A program made the position numbers and the translations under genes. From assembly GCF_000981445.1 (NCBI RefSeq), contig NC_027216.1, positions 1,550,001 through 1,614,000 on the forward strand: a stretch of DNA of 64,000 bases. Direction: 5' to 3'. The notes under the pieces are model-generated. The model saw only the letters and a program-made list of their open reading frames with translations. It ran no database searches and had not been told where the DNA came from. Origin of the DNA: Babesia bigemina. Taxonomy: Eukaryota. Shown in pieces: positions 10,698-22,467 of this stretch (within the stretch, counting starts at the first letter, position 1; every line of letters begins with the position of its first letter).

Positions 10698-12904
10698 CTT
10701 TCCTCCCCTCACTTGACAATATACCCTGCTCAAGACTTGACAATCTAGTTGGGTACTAGAAATGTAACAATTATGATATTTAAAGCACTCTTATATGTTC
10801 GGTGCGTGGGAATTGCTGTCGTTACCGAAAATATAATGGTAATGCGTCAAGGGCTGCATGGTAAACGGGTTGAGCATGGATCAACCACACAGTCTACTCC
10901 AGCTAATATACAAATGTCGTTCAACTCACACTACATATAGTGCCATTTTTGTTTTGTTAAATCTTAAAAGCGAAGCTTCCTTTGCGTTACATTGTCTGCT
11001 CCACGCGAGATGGATTTGACCGGAAATTCTTAATTAAAGAAGTACGCATTATAACTATCTTATATACAGCATTTGGTAAACCATAAATACGTGAAGTAGT
11101 TGCGAATTATCATGGATAACACGGCGAAGGATGCTTTGGTGGTCTCTATGAGCTGGGGATTAAATGTCACGCCGAATGTTGACATTCATTTCCGGTTACA
11201 AAAATTTCTCTTCAAGCAATTGAGTACTTGTTATCTACAACTGCATGCTGATATAATTTCGTAATCTACATTAGTAACTAGCGCGTTGCGACATTTTCGG
11301 ATTGGCCTTTAGTTCCTTTGCATCACATCACCAACTACGTGGAGCTGCTGCAATCAACAGAGACCAGATGAACTATGAAACCAGAAGATGTATGATGACA
11401 CTGACCAAACAACCGTTTTTTAGGTTTGGGAGGCATTTGGAACATTGGTCTCAGTCGCCCCATCTAAAATTCCCTTAGTTGCGATGCGGCGGTCGAAGGT
11501 AGCAGCTAGTTAATACGCAGCTGCAAAAGAATCGCCCTTTTACATTCAGACGTATTGAGAATGTATATACGTAGGCCCTCTTCAGCATCGTTATACGTCT
11601 CTGTCACCTACCAATCCGTGTTTCACCAGTATCGTAGCGGTAGCAATGCTTAAAATAAGTCTTAATCGAAGTTATGATGTCGGACATTCACAGGCATGTA
11701 TCAGCTGGAACATTGGTCTAGCCAGCAAATCTAACTCGCACTGCTTAACTGACCCTCAGTTTGGTGAATAACGCAACTATGCCTGCGTTACCGCCAAGAT
11801 GCTTGCTCACTACAGCTAGTATGTTGCATATTATTGCGACATCACAGCTACATAGGCGATAACGCACGATAGCAATGATACATTTGGGTATAATCGAGTA
11901 ACCCTAATCGTTAACAATAATTTTAGGGTATAACAGTTTGCTTTTAAGCCCCTATAATTGCTCATCCGCTGCCAGCGACATGAAAAGGGCATTGATTCAC
12001 AATAACGGTCTAAAACATACAGAGGACACCCCCTTAATATTGAATCAGATGCGTTACTCCGCCGACTGAATAGATGATGTATGTTAGTGGGAACAATGGT
12101 AGAGATGATACTTTAGGACCGCTAAAACCATTTGATTACGGTATTCCCAACGACCACTACTTTAAACATTTATTAAACCAAACGAAGCTTGTTTGTTGAA
12201 TTATTTGTTGCATATTCGACTGCAATTCCTCGTATCACTGGCGTTGATTTTTATAGATGGGCAGTTGAATGAAGAACAGATTGATTTTTAGTAACAAATA
12301 CATGAATATATGCGATCAACCTGCTGAAGGTGAACAGTTTAGAAATACTAGATGGTTTTTAACGATATCTTAATAAATATGTGAAACGGAAGCATTGCCA
12401 TCGCTTGCAAATGATACGTCTCAGCGTAATATTTTAACATGAGCACTGTTGGTAAGGCATTTTGGATATCGGGACGTCATGATTACGCATATGTGTAGCC
12501 GCAAAACGATTGTAATGTACACAGCTTTGAGCAGTGCAGCTGCAACAACCGCTCATTACATGAAGCATACTACAACATCATACCCGCGTCGCACATATGA
12601 AAGAGTGGAGTTGTCCATCTAAGGTAGAACTCTTATACCCTAACTATAAGCATTTTTCAAATGTAATAGCATTTTCAAAATGTGTTGTGCAAGCGCAATG
12701 TCGAAACATTCTCAATCGCAAAAAGAAGCACAGTTAACACGCATTATCATGAAATTTTAAGCTGTTATATTTTAAAGTAAAGAATGTCCTTAAATCAAAT
12801 GTAGTCATTAAATTTGCTGGTACCAAAGGCAACACATATTAAGGATACGACTTATGCATTGCCCATGCTTTGTTCATCGCCATTCAGCGTTTCGGATTTA
12901 ATTG

Positions 12905-13168
12905 ATGGCGGAAATGACGGAAGAGGAAAAGTGTGAGTGTTGCAAGGACCGAGACTCTTGTGACGGTAAAAATTGTATCTGCTGTTCCAGGTGTTGTCCA
13001 AAATGTAGGAAAGGTGGATGCGGCAAATGTAAAGCTACAAGTTTAAACTGTTCGTCATGTCTCACTATCTATTGCCTTACGGCCATCTTCACAGTCCTCA
13101 TTATCCTTGAAGTTTACGGTATTTCAAGGGCTTTCCGGAGCTGCTTTAGGAAGTGTAAGAATAACTAG
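12905..13168 (+). CDS. Small Cys-rich protein with one TM helix (87 aa), probable paralog of 10299-10697
   Basis: CDGKNCICCSRCCPKCRKGGCGKCK, then LTIYCLTAIFTVLIILEVYGI and a basic tail. Confidence 0.65.
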   Translation: MAEMTEEEKCECCKDRDSCDGKNCICCSRCCPKCRKGGCGKCKATSLNCSSCLTIYCLTAIFTVLIILEVYGISRAFRSCFRKCKNN

Positions 13169-13456
13169 ATTGTCAGGGATTCAAGGCAACTCATGTCTCA
13201 TTTAGCCTATAATCCCATCCATTACGCATAGCGTTGTCGTAGCTACGTCACACTTCAATATTAATGTAGTAGCTATTTGTTGTTATGATACTCGTAAACT
13301 GCCCTACATGCGCAGCTGTCGCAGACCAGTAGTAGGTACAATGTAGCAACACCGATTTTTGCAATCACCAGACTGTACGTAGGATTTGTGTACACTACTG
13401 TAATGCGGACGTCAGTTTAGTACATCTTTAATTCGTTGGGGTTTGTTTACAAAAGG

Positions 13457-16400
13457 TTAAGACTCGTATATGTCCTCTGTAATGTCAGTTGATCTGGACA
13501 CCGACGCCAAGAAGGCATCGATTCTTTGTTTCAGCTCTTCCTGGGGCACAAGCTGCGCCTTGGTGAGCGGTTGTCTGCTGAATGGATCGGTGGCCTCGGA
13601 CATGAGGTGCCTTTCGATGTTCTTCCGATCCATCACAATGCCGCTGGTCGGCAGCAGCACCGGGTCCTCCATGATGTCCATCATGATAGGGTCCAGGAAT
13701 TCGTCGGGCATTTCCGCATTCATCGCATTCTCGTAGAGAGTGTTGTTTGCCTTAGCGTACTGGCAAAGTTTCTGCGACATGTTGAAGAACGCGTGCCTGT
13801 CTTTCGATACCAGCAGCATTTCTCTCGTGATGATTTTGAACGCCCGTTCGAAGTTGGAGGGCTTGAAGTAGCGCCCCTCTGACACAACAGCCTTCATGAA
13901 CGGTTCGGAATTCTGTGGGTTCTCGCCGCCGTAGAGTGCAACATAGCACTTAACCACGCTGGTGAGCCAATTCTTGGGCTGGAAGTTGTACTGCATCATG
14001 TTTTTCACTTTGAGGTTAATGCAGCCTTTTCCTGCAAGGTTATCCAGGCAGCAGCCAAGGCATGAAGCAACCTGCGGCAGTAGGACCGATGTGCCCGTAA
14101 TTTCGGTGGGGAACTCCCTGCATAGTATGTAGAGCAGGGTGGTGATCTGAGATCCGTATTCCACAAAATTGCTGGTGCGGTCCTGGAGTTCATTAAATGG
14201 CATATTCTTCAGCTGATTAGGGTCAATGGCGCCGTCCTGCAACGACGGATCGAGTGATTGGTCGTCGTCTTGTTCGCGTTGGGGCTGCTGAGGTTCCCTC
14301 TGCTCCTGCCGCGGTTGAGCAGATTGCCCACTGCTTGTGGACGGTTCGTTTTGCTCGGTACGCTCCTGAGGTTCATCCGTGATTCCAGCAAGTTCACGGC
14401 GTCTTATCTCTGAGAGGAACGTGACCACCTCCTCGAAAATGAACGTGGTGTCGCTGAGCAGCAGGTGCATGAACTGCACGAAATTTTCCTTATTGGCAAT
14501 GATGTGCGCGACGAAGCTTTTCTTGTACACTTCGATGCCGAAAAGTTTGGTAAGCGTATGGATAACGTTGAGCCTGCATGATATCCTAGAGTTGTAGTCC
14601 GACCTTTGCGATGCTATAAAAATGTTTGTTAGGGCGTCCACCAGGTGCTGTTTAGCCCCGGGTGAATTGCCGAACTTTTCAACCCCCATAGACTTGCAGA
14701 GGTTGAGTATAATGGACGAAACCGTGTCGCACTTGAGGGTGAGGTTTTTGATGTATGACTGATCAGCCTTCATGATGAAAATGCAGGCCGCCATGACTAA
14801 TTCGAAATCCATAAATTCCAGCAAATCCGTATCTTGCGGTTTGACGTGCGAAGCGTAGAGTCTCACGATGGAGATGTGCTTAATAACGTCCAGAATAATG
14901 TCGATGAAGTCAACCGGCAGCACAATGAATTTCGCCGGCACTTCGTTAGGAGACCCGAGTTTACCGGAGGCAAAGCTGTAGACCATTTGCACACATAGCG
15001 AGGTCCCCTTCAAGTTTGAAGGGGTCGTCGATGCCTTTTCCCACATCTCTGACAATGCGCACTTTATGAAGAACTGGAGGCTGATGTTGATGTAGTGCCA
15101 CAAGGCCTCCAGGAACTTGCCGTGCTGCATTACGCATCTCCACATATATAAGTGTGACACCACATCCTGAAGGGATTCATCGTTCATGGGGTCGGCAGAG
15201 TTTTGCGCCACCTCCATGGTGAAAATTAATATCTTGAGGAACTCCTGAAGACAGGGCTGATACAACATTCCGAGTCCATGCAAAGTTGCCCAAAAGATCT
15301 GCGTGATAAACTTAGCATTATACGACTCCGTTATGTCGAAATGCTGCTTTTCCAGCGCTTCCATGAGTTGCGTTTCGTCACCCATGCCAGCGCTGCTGGA
15401 CGAGAGGAACCCGATCATGGTATCGAGCGTTGCGCGCATTTCACTCATTTCGCGAATCCTCGATTCATCAATGTTATTTTCCGAACTCCCCGATATTGTT
15501 GTCTTTTTCTTTGCGTAGAACCCAATTTGGCAGAAGTTGGGGTCTATGCTGTCGACCTTTTGCTCCGTGATTCCTTCGGCCAGCACCAATAAGAGCCACA
15601 TCACATTCAGAGAGGCACCAAATGTCGAGTCTGCCATTACAATCCTCCTCCTCTTGAATGTGTCATCAAGGGTGATGGGAGGTTGCTCGACATGCGTTAT
15701 TCGGGAGAGGTGTCTCTTTGTCGCGTTATACGCCACCAACTGTCCAATGATAGCCATGAAATCAGTTCTAGTCTTGAAATCAGTTCTTAGAATCGCTTTT
15801 AAAAGATTAGAAACCATGTGGATGTATGTTTCATGATCCTCCCTGAGGTGGGCGAATGACGTTCTGATCGAGGCCATGTCCCTTTTTCCGCGGAAGTTGA
15901 GTTCTCTGATGTTCTTTGCGTTTTTACATGTAGGAGCATTTGGAGACGTCATTTTAGCCGTTTCAAGCGCTTCCTCATTCATAGGGGAGGCAGAGAGGAT
16001 GCGCCCCAACAGAGTGGCGATCTCCCTCTGGATCCCTGAAGACCTCCATGTGATACCTGCAGTATCTTCCTTCAGCAACCACATTACGACGAGAGAAGCG
16101 CCTAATTTGCTGCCGCATATGTTGGTGAGCGCACTTAGCTCGGTGACTGGTTTCTCGCCAATGGGCCTGCCGACTGCATCGCTCCTCATCTTCGAGAAAA
16201 AGGAATACATTTCCCCGAGAGCTGCAGTTTCGTCATTTTGCCACATCTCGTCCAGCATTTGTTGCATGTACGTGGCATTTTTCGCCTCCACCATAACCTC
16301 ATTGATCATTTTGCACCTGGTTGTCTGATCGGCCACATCTAGTGGCTCTTTTTTCAGATCCTGCTTGGCAACGAAGTCTTCCAAGTTGAAGAACATCGGA

Positions 16401-16840
16401 CACACCATCAACAGCGCCGAGTTCGTTATGATGACACGGTTAATTGTGGCCAGCAGCTCCCTGAGTTGAGCTTGCACTCCTGGCAACAGCTTGCCATCAC
16501 CGCTAAGTTCCGGTAGTCCGAAGGGGTCCTTGTTGGCTTCTACCTGGCCTTTAACTTGCGTACACCTCACGAAGGCATCACACAGCATCGTGAGCGGGTT
16601 TTTCTTATGCAATATGCAGGCAAAGACAGCCGACCTTGCGACATCGTCAATGGATTCAGCATCCAGCGTGACGTCCTCCGTGGAAGCCACGCCCGTTATA
16701 CGGGTGTAGAATTGTCCTACGTATAGCCGTTCGTTCCCCTGACCGGCATCTTTTTGTGCTGCCGGCGTACGCTCGGATTTTTTCAGGGCAATCCTAAAGA
16801 CGTGTTTCGTCACGTGATCTACGACCCGCGGAGAGCCCAT
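13457..16840 (-). CDS. UFD2: Ubiquitin conjugation factor E4 (U-box)
   Basis: 1127 aa; C-terminal U-box PDEFLDPIMMDIMEDPVLLPTSG...TDPFSRQPLT; Ufd2 core motifs FMHLLLSDTTF and LKVKNMMQYNFQPK. Confidence 0.93.
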   Translation of the reverse strand: MGSPRVVDHVTKHVFRIALKKSERTPAAQKDAGQGNERLYVGQFYTRITGVASTEDVTLDAESIDDVARSAVFACILHKKNPLTMLCDAFVRCTQVKGQVEANKDPFGLPELSGDGKLLPGVQAQLRELLATINRVIITNSALLMVCPMFFNLEDFVAKQDLKKEPLDVADQTTRCKMINEVMVEAKNATYMQQMLDEMWQNDETAALGEMYSFFSKMRSDAVGRPIGEKPVTELSALTNICGSKLGASLVVMWLLKEDTAGITWRSSGIQREIATLLGRILSASPMNEEALETAKMTSPNAPTCKNAKNIRELNFRGKRDMASIRTSFAHLREDHETYIHMVSNLLKAILRTDFKTRTDFMAIIGQLVAYNATKRHLSRITHVEQPPITLDDTFKRRRIVMADSTFGASLNVMWLLLVLAEGITEQKVDSIDPNFCQIGFYAKKKTTISGSSENNIDESRIREMSEMRATLDTMIGFLSSSSAGMGDETQLMEALEKQHFDITESYNAKFITQIFWATLHGLGMLYQPCLQEFLKILIFTMEVAQNSADPMNDESLQDVVSHLYMWRCVMQHGKFLEALWHYINISLQFFIKCALSEMWEKASTTPSNLKGTSLCVQMVYSFASGKLGSPNEVPAKFIVLPVDFIDIILDVIKHISIVRLYASHVKPQDTDLLEFMDFELVMAACIFIMKADQSYIKNLTLKCDTVSSIILNLCKSMGVEKFGNSPGAKQHLVDALTNIFIASQRSDYNSRISCRLNVIHTLTKLFGIEVYKKSFVAHIIANKENFVQFMHLLLSDTTFIFEEVVTFLSEIRRRELAGITDEPQERTEQNEPSTSSGQSAQPRQEQREPQQPQREQDDDQSLDPSLQDGAIDPNQLKNMPFNELQDRTSNFVEYGSQITTLLYILCREFPTEITGTSVLLPQVASCLGCCLDNLAGKGCINLKVKNMMQYNFQPKNWLTSVVKCYVALYGGENPQNSEPFMKAVVSEGRYFKPSNFERAFKIITREMLLVSKDRHAFFNMSQKLCQYAKANNTLYENAMNAEMPDEFLDPIMMDIMEDPVLLPTSGIVMDRKNIERHLMSEATDPFSRQPLTKAQLVPQEELKQRIDAFLASVSRSTDITEDIYES

Positions 16841-17094
16841 TTTGATCGATTGCAGGTTGGTTGTAATTAGGGAAAGGGTTGTAATCCGCGTCCCTGGCGC
16901 GGTTGTTAGTGTGTGGACTGCGTGACGTTACGCTGGCAGGAACCTGATTCCACAGCATCGCCCTCCGCGACGCTGCTTCCAGAGGTGTTTACGAGCAAAC
17001 AGAGGCACTAACACTGCACATAGGCCCAAATATTAAAGTTCGTTCTAGTTTCACTAATATGTGAATACATGTATACATAGTTACGAGTGGGTCC

Positions 17095-20000
17095 TCACTC
17101 CTGGGCCTCTGCGCCATCAGTCTCGAGGGACTTCACTCCCTTGTACTCCTCGAGGTACAGGGCAAGGAAGTTCTCCTTCCAGCTGAGGATTAGCTCCCAG
17201 TTGTGCATAAACTGGCGCCAGCTGAGGAATACCTCGCCATCGTTTGTAAGTTCGTTGATCACCTCGACTCTGTACTCCCATAACGCAATCATCGTGACGA
17301 TCATGTCAACTCCCCTCGCAGCAGTAGCTTCTTCCCTTAGCTGTTTGTCTTGCTTGGTGAACTTCGCGAGTTTTTCGGCATCTGCGCTTGCCTCTCTCCA
17401 CAGCGTGATCTGGGCGTCGGTAAGGGCAGCCTGCCAATCATGGTCGCCGATCTTTGCCATCTTCATTGGCGACAGCATCGAAACGTTGTCACCGACCACC
17501 TTGAGCTTTTTGGTGACTGCTGATCCGTAGTGTGTCATTTCGGCGTCCCATTTCTCGCACATGCTCTCCAAGTAGACCATGATAGCATCGGCGCTCTGAT
17601 AGGCGTAGACCTTGAGTCCACAGTCCAGGCACCACTTGACACGCCGTATCCTCTTGATCTTTTCCACATCCTCGTCATCCTTGTTCTTCAAGTCGGTGGT
17701 CTCCTGCACCCAGTTCTCCACGAAGGCGTACTCGAGGTCGTTGCAGAGCCACTTGTACTGCTCCAGGACAGCTTCCATCGCCTTCTTTTCATAGCCTACC
17801 AATGTCAAATCCTCTTCTTCTTCCTCGTCATCTGACTTGTTGCCGCTTTCGGATTCGCCACCGTCAATGGCACTCCGGACAACCTTTTCAACAGCGGGAC
17901 TGCCTTTCGCCTTTTTGTCAACATCACTATCATTGTTCGCTTCATCTTCGGCGTTTACAACGCTGTCTTCTTCTTCAGTTTGTGGCTCAAGAGCATTTTT
18001 CTGAGTACCTTTCTTGCTGCGTTTTACTGCTTTAGTTATGGCATCACCAGTCTTCTTGTCGCTTCCGACATCGTCTGACTGTTTTTCTTCAATCACGCTG
18101 CTCACATCGTCATCTTCACCAAGCTGATCAAGCGAAGGTAAGCCGATGCTACTGGAAACCATACCACCGTTGTCACTGATAGCTCTGCTCTCATCGTTGG
18201 CATCCCCATCTGCGTTCTCAACCTCATCTACCACTTCCGTAGAAGATTCCTCGGGTTTGGTTGAAAATACTCTCACGTTGTCTTCATATATGCTGTCGAA
18301 TGATGGCGATTCCATCCAACGCTGTAATGGGACCATGGCAGCTAACTTAGGTGGGCTGGAATATTCCATTTCCTGAGTGAATTGCTTCAACAAATCCTCA
18401 TTAGACAACGCAGTATTTATACCGTATGTTATTGGATCTACCGACTTTTCGTAGAAGGGCTTGATTAGATTGAAGTTGGATGAAAGATCTAAGCCATATT
18501 TAACGTCTAACGCAGCAAAGGCAATTGCCACGATCAGTTTAGCAGTTCCAAAAATTAGAATGATAAAGAAGAGAGCGCCCACGTAGCTGTTCCTCTTCAA
18601 GTCAATCTCCTTGAAGTGGAATGGCAAAGCTGTTGGCTGCACTTTCATGTGGCAACACTCGGGATGGTCTGGATATGTGTTTTGGGGAGCCGGAGTTACA
18701 GGCTTTGGTGAAGGAACCTCTGGTTTTTTCGGAGTCTTTTCCTTCTCCCTTTTCTTTTCTTCAGATGCCTTTTGTGCTGTTTTGCAACATGCACAGAGCC
18801 CATTGTCATCCTTAGTATTCTCACCACAGGCTACCCTAGTAATTGACTTTAAGGTAGATTTTGGGCAAGCGTACTTTAAAGAATCAGCGTCTTCTTCAAC
18901 TTCCAAAATGTCATCCTCGTCTTCTGTTTTTTTAGCGCCTGCCTCTGTTTTAGCTTCCGAATCTTCCGTTTTTTCTTTTTCTTCCTTTTCCTTTTTTTGG
19001 GATTCCTTTTCCTGTTTTTGTTTCTCCTTTTCTTTTCTTTTCTTTTCCTCCTTTTCCCTTTTTTTTTGGTCGCTTTTTTTCTTCTTTTCTTCACCAAGTT
19101 TTTTATGCTCGTCATCATTATTACAGCGGCCATTAAACACAAGACAACCTATAGGGTCGAATTTGCCAGGATATGGCTGCTGCATTAAGTGGAAGTTGTT
19201 GTTGGGCGCCTTAAGTCTCATCATCACCTTTAGTCCATAGTGACAACAAGAATAGCAGCACATAGATGACAGCTTGAATTCTCTGCCATCCGACTCGCAC
19301 TCTACATCTTCTTGCCTTGGAGTGGGCTCTGTGTTTTTCGAATCACAGCACGACGATTCCCTAACAACAAATTCTGATGACGATGTTGTCACGATGGATA
19401 CATTTTTACCCTCACATAGACAGATTTCGTGTAGCGGTTTCTTAATAGGTTTCTCATCGGTTTCCTCATCGGATTCCTCATCTTTATTTCCCTCATCGCT
19501 TCCCTCACTGGTGATTTGGGATACTGTTTCTTCCGGTTGTTCGGATGTCTCAGTTACTTTTCCGTCTTGTCCAGCAGCACATGATGCTGTAGCAGGTTGC
19601 TGGGGTTCACCCTGTTGCATAGGCTGTGTTGCTTCACTACCCGCAGCCTCTTTCTCTTCATGTTTCTTCTCTTTCTCTTTCAATGCCTTTTGACACTCTT
19701 CGTCCTCCTTATACATATTGGCATTTGGTAGCGGTATGTTGCATTCCTCTTTGCAAATGCACTCTACTTTAACGCACTCCATGAGAAGGTTCATGTCACA
19801 ATATCCACATAAGGATACTTTGCAATTCCTTAGAAGATATATTTCACATTCATCCAGTTTAGTTTGTTCTTGGTTTGTCCGCATATAGCATGGGATTTTG
19901 CAGACCTCATCGGGGTTGTGCCTGTAGAGCCAGCATAATAGACATTGGCCAGGAAGCCAAAGTCGGTACATTTCCTCGGTGTTTGGAGGTATATATATCT

Positions 20001-21267
20001 TAACCTTCTTGGAACCCTCAACGTCACACGTTTTCGTGCCGCAATTCTCGTCACAAAACTGTTCGCTGCATAGGCACTCTGAACTTTCGTCATCACGGCA
20101 ACACAATTGTGGCAATTTTGTCTTCTCTTCTTGATTTGTGCACCTCAGGTTGACAGCCAGCTCGAAGAAGTGGATGAACGTGGAGACGGTGAGGAAGCTC
20201 CCGAATGAGGCGTTAACGCAAGTCAGTACGCACATGGCCTCCAGGGGCATGCGTAGGCTCATCCTGTAACTGTGCACGTAGTACGTCAGGAATGACCCCA
20301 GAGCAGCATGAACCACGTATACAAGTCCCAAACCGACAGCTTTAAACCATGAGCGCTTGCAAGTAACAGCCACAATAACACCCATTAGGTTGCCTACGTG
20401 CTCGGCCCTGTCGATGTGGCCCATTTTGAAAACGGATAGGTCCCAGTTGGCTGCTGCGATATATGGTGTGAATATCGAACAGCTGAGGCACATGGCCAGG
20501 AAAATAAGCCAAACCACCGTGAGATCAGATTTTTCGAAAATATAACGTACACCCGCAACCGGGCTAACGTAATGCGGGGTGACCTCCTTAAGGGCAAGTT
20601 GAACATCCCTCTCGTGTAAAGTGCCACTCAACCACTCCATCATCACGCCGCTTTTTATCAGTTCGAAAGCCTTGTCAAACTGCTCGAAGTGCGTTTCCTG
20701 CGCCCCCGACGATAGGAACGACATGGCAGCGCAGTTCATGACCAGCCTGAGGATCAGATACGCCAACACAATGTTGCGATATTTTCCCAACTCCCCGTGC
20801 TTCCACGTCCAATACTTCACCAGCTCGAGGACGCCGTAGGTGGTGGCGAACGAAAGCATGGAGCCAAGCATGAGTCCACGCGAACCCGAGTGGTGGTAGG
20901 AGGCGAAGACAACGGCGTTCACCAACGCCAGTCCGGTGATGTACGCCCAGATGACGATCACGAAGTGGAACGAGATGGACTCGAACCACTGCATGAAGAA
21001 ACCAACGGCTGCGGAGACCAGGAAGAATATGTTGATCCGCAGGCAGTACATAAGGCTGGGTGCGGCGGGCGTCTTGACCAGTGACGCCGCGAGCGTGGAG
21101 ACCCACATCGTCATCTGGTACGCGAAAATCCAGTACGACTCGTCACCGAGCGTGTCGAAGCACAGCAGCCGGATGAAGTCGCCGCTCATGAAGGCGGCGA
21201 ACCCCGCCATGGCCATGGCAAAGAAGTTGCTGACCACGTACACGCGGTCCTTACGCAAATACGACAT
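17095..21267 (-). CDS. Large multi-TM protein: ~10 N-terminal TM helices, Cys- and Lys/Glu-rich insert, a further TM, acidic and helical C-terminus (possibly ENT/Tpr-like)
   Basis: Long ORF with first ATG at 21267 (MSYLRKD); hydrophobic helices in the first ~370 aa; family assignment inferred from TM pattern only. Confidence 0.75.
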   Translation of the reverse strand: MSYLRKDRVYVVSNFFAMAMAGFAAFMSGDFIRLLCFDTLGDESYWIFAYQMTMWVSTLAASLVKTPAAPSLMYCLRINIFFLVSAAVGFFMQWFESISFHFVIVIWAYITGLALVNAVVFASYHHSGSRGLMLGSMLSFATTYGVLELVKYWTWKHGELGKYRNIVLAYLILRLVMNCAAMSFLSSGAQETHFEQFDKAFELIKSGVMMEWLSGTLHERDVQLALKEVTPHYVSPVAGVRYIFEKSDLTVVWLIFLAMCLSCSIFTPYIAAANWDLSVFKMGHIDRAEHVGNLMGVIVAVTCKRSWFKAVGLGLVYVVHAALGSFLTYYVHSYRMSLRMPLEAMCVLTCVNASFGSFLTVSTFIHFFELAVNLRCTNQEEKTKLPQLCCRDDESSECLCSEQFCDENCGTKTCDVEGSKKVKIYIPPNTEEMYRLWLPGQCLLCWLYRHNPDEVCKIPCYMRTNQEQTKLDECEIYLLRNCKVSLCGYCDMNLLMECVKVECICKEECNIPLPNANMYKEDEECQKALKEKEKKHEEKEAAGSEATQPMQQGEPQQPATASCAAGQDGKVTETSEQPEETVSQITSEGSDEGNKDEESDEETDEKPIKKPLHEICLCEGKNVSIVTTSSSEFVVRESSCCDSKNTEPTPRQEDVECESDGREFKLSSMCCYSCCHYGLKVMMRLKAPNNNFHLMQQPYPGKFDPIGCLVFNGRCNNDDEHKKLGEEKKKKSDQKKREKEEKKRKEKEKQKQEKESQKKEKEEKEKTEDSEAKTEAGAKKTEDEDDILEVEEDADSLKYACPKSTLKSITRVACGENTKDDNGLCACCKTAQKASEEKKREKEKTPKKPEVPSPKPVTPAPQNTYPDHPECCHMKVQPTALPFHFKEIDLKRNSYVGALFFIILIFGTAKLIVAIAFAALDVKYGLDLSSNFNLIKPFYEKSVDPITYGINTALSNEDLLKQFTQEMEYSSPPKLAAMVPLQRWMESPSFDSIYEDNVRVFSTKPEESSTEVVDEVENADGDANDESRAISDNGGMVSSSIGLPSLDQLGEDDDVSSVIEEKQSDDVGSDKKTGDAITKAVKRSKKGTQKNALEPQTEEEDSVVNAEDEANNDSDVDKKAKGSPAVEKVVRSAIDGGESESGNKSDDEEEEEDLTLVGYEKKAMEAVLEQYKWLCNDLEYAFVENWVQETTDLKNKDDEDVEKIKRIRRVKWCLDCGLKVYAYQSADAIMVYLESMCEKWDAEMTHYGSAVTKKLKVVGDNVSMLSPMKMAKIGDHDWQAALTDAQITLWREASADAEKLAKFTKQDKQLREEATAARGVDMIVTMIALWEYRVEVINELTNDGEVFLSWRQFMHNWELILSWKENFLALYLEEYKGVKSLETDGAEAQE

Positions 21268-21762
21268 TGTTCCGATACGAGAATGACTTCGCTCAATGCG
21301 ATACAGGAAGCGGCCGCTCTGCGGCTCGTTCAACAAACAGTTCCGAAATGTAGCTGCGTTATAGCTTTACAAAAGGTTGCACACAGCCGATTACCAAAGC
21401 ACGGCTTGCGATCACAACCAACAGGCGACTGTATCCCTCCCTATGTACGCTCTGACTGTTCTTCCGACGCTGCTGTGACCCTAGCTGGAGCAGCTTAGAC
21501 GTACACGACAACCAACGTTGGTAGTCCCCGCGACTGCCAGCAGGCGGTCCGAAGAGCTACCGTATATTACAAACAAGACATGTGTCAGCACAGGATGGCG
21601 CGTGGTAGGACGCCGACCGCGGGACGCCGGGATTATGGTGTCTGTAGATCGCCCCCCTGAGAAGACTATTTCAGGCGCTGCGGACGAGTCAACAAGCAGC
21701 AGTGTGGCTATCCGTGGACGGCCGTCGCACCTTTCGCATTTTCCCAGGCTGATCCGCGTGCC

Positions 21763-22061
21763 ATGGCGACGATAGAGAGCAGCGCGTGCTACCTGCCGCT
21801 CGCGCTGGTGGACAAGTGCCTGGGCACGAAGGTGTGGATCATCATGAAGCACGAGAAGGAGATCACGGGCGTGCTGCGCGGATTCGACGACTACATGAAC
21901 ATGGTTCGTTGTGAGCCGGCGCCGTTGACCTGTGGCAGGTGATGGAGGACGTGACGGAGTACACCTTCACCGACTCGGGCATCCAGACGACCGAGCTCAA
22001 GGACGCGCTAATAAACGGCAACAACATCGCAATGATCGTCCCCGGTGGACGCCCCTCCTGA
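21763..22061 (+). CDS. LSM5: U6 snRNA-associated Sm-like protein LSm5, 2 exons (absent from ORF track)
   Basis: [45 protein letters not shown]...[13 protein letters not shown]; 35-nt intron 21904-21938. Confidence 0.95.
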
Positions 22062-22467
22062 GCCGCTGCGCCGTCGTCTGCGGCCCTGTGTTCAGCCGTT
22101 TCCGTGGCGAATGTCTGCGGATATTTGGCCGCTCGGTCCAACCCATTGCCTCAATACAGTTTGTATCGCATTGTTATCTAGTGGAGTGCGCACCCGGCTT
22201 CGTGGCGGAGCGGACAGCATCGCATTGTGGCCTCTATGGTTATTCTCGTACACCCCTATTGCAGCGGAGCCTGCGGAGCGGGACACAGGAGCTACACAAT
22301 TTCCGTATGCTACAATCTATATTACTGTGCTTTCGTGAATGTTTTGCTCTACGCTGTTGATGTGCACGGATTCCCGGGCACCGCCCTAGGAGCAGCTGGG
22401 AACCCAGCACTGCTGGATATTGTTCCTCGCGGACGCTACGTTTGAAAAATATTGGCGATCCAGTCCG

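Noticed and set aside
11438..11719. 14-bp direct repeat TGGAACATTGGTCT at 11438 and 11706 in the divergent spacer
   Set aside because: Only two copies with weak flanking similarity; could be a promoter motif but cannot be supported from sequence alone
11901..11929. Telomere-like ACCCTAA...TTAGGGT inverted pair
   Set aside because: Single 7-bp units, expected by chance in AT-rich DNA
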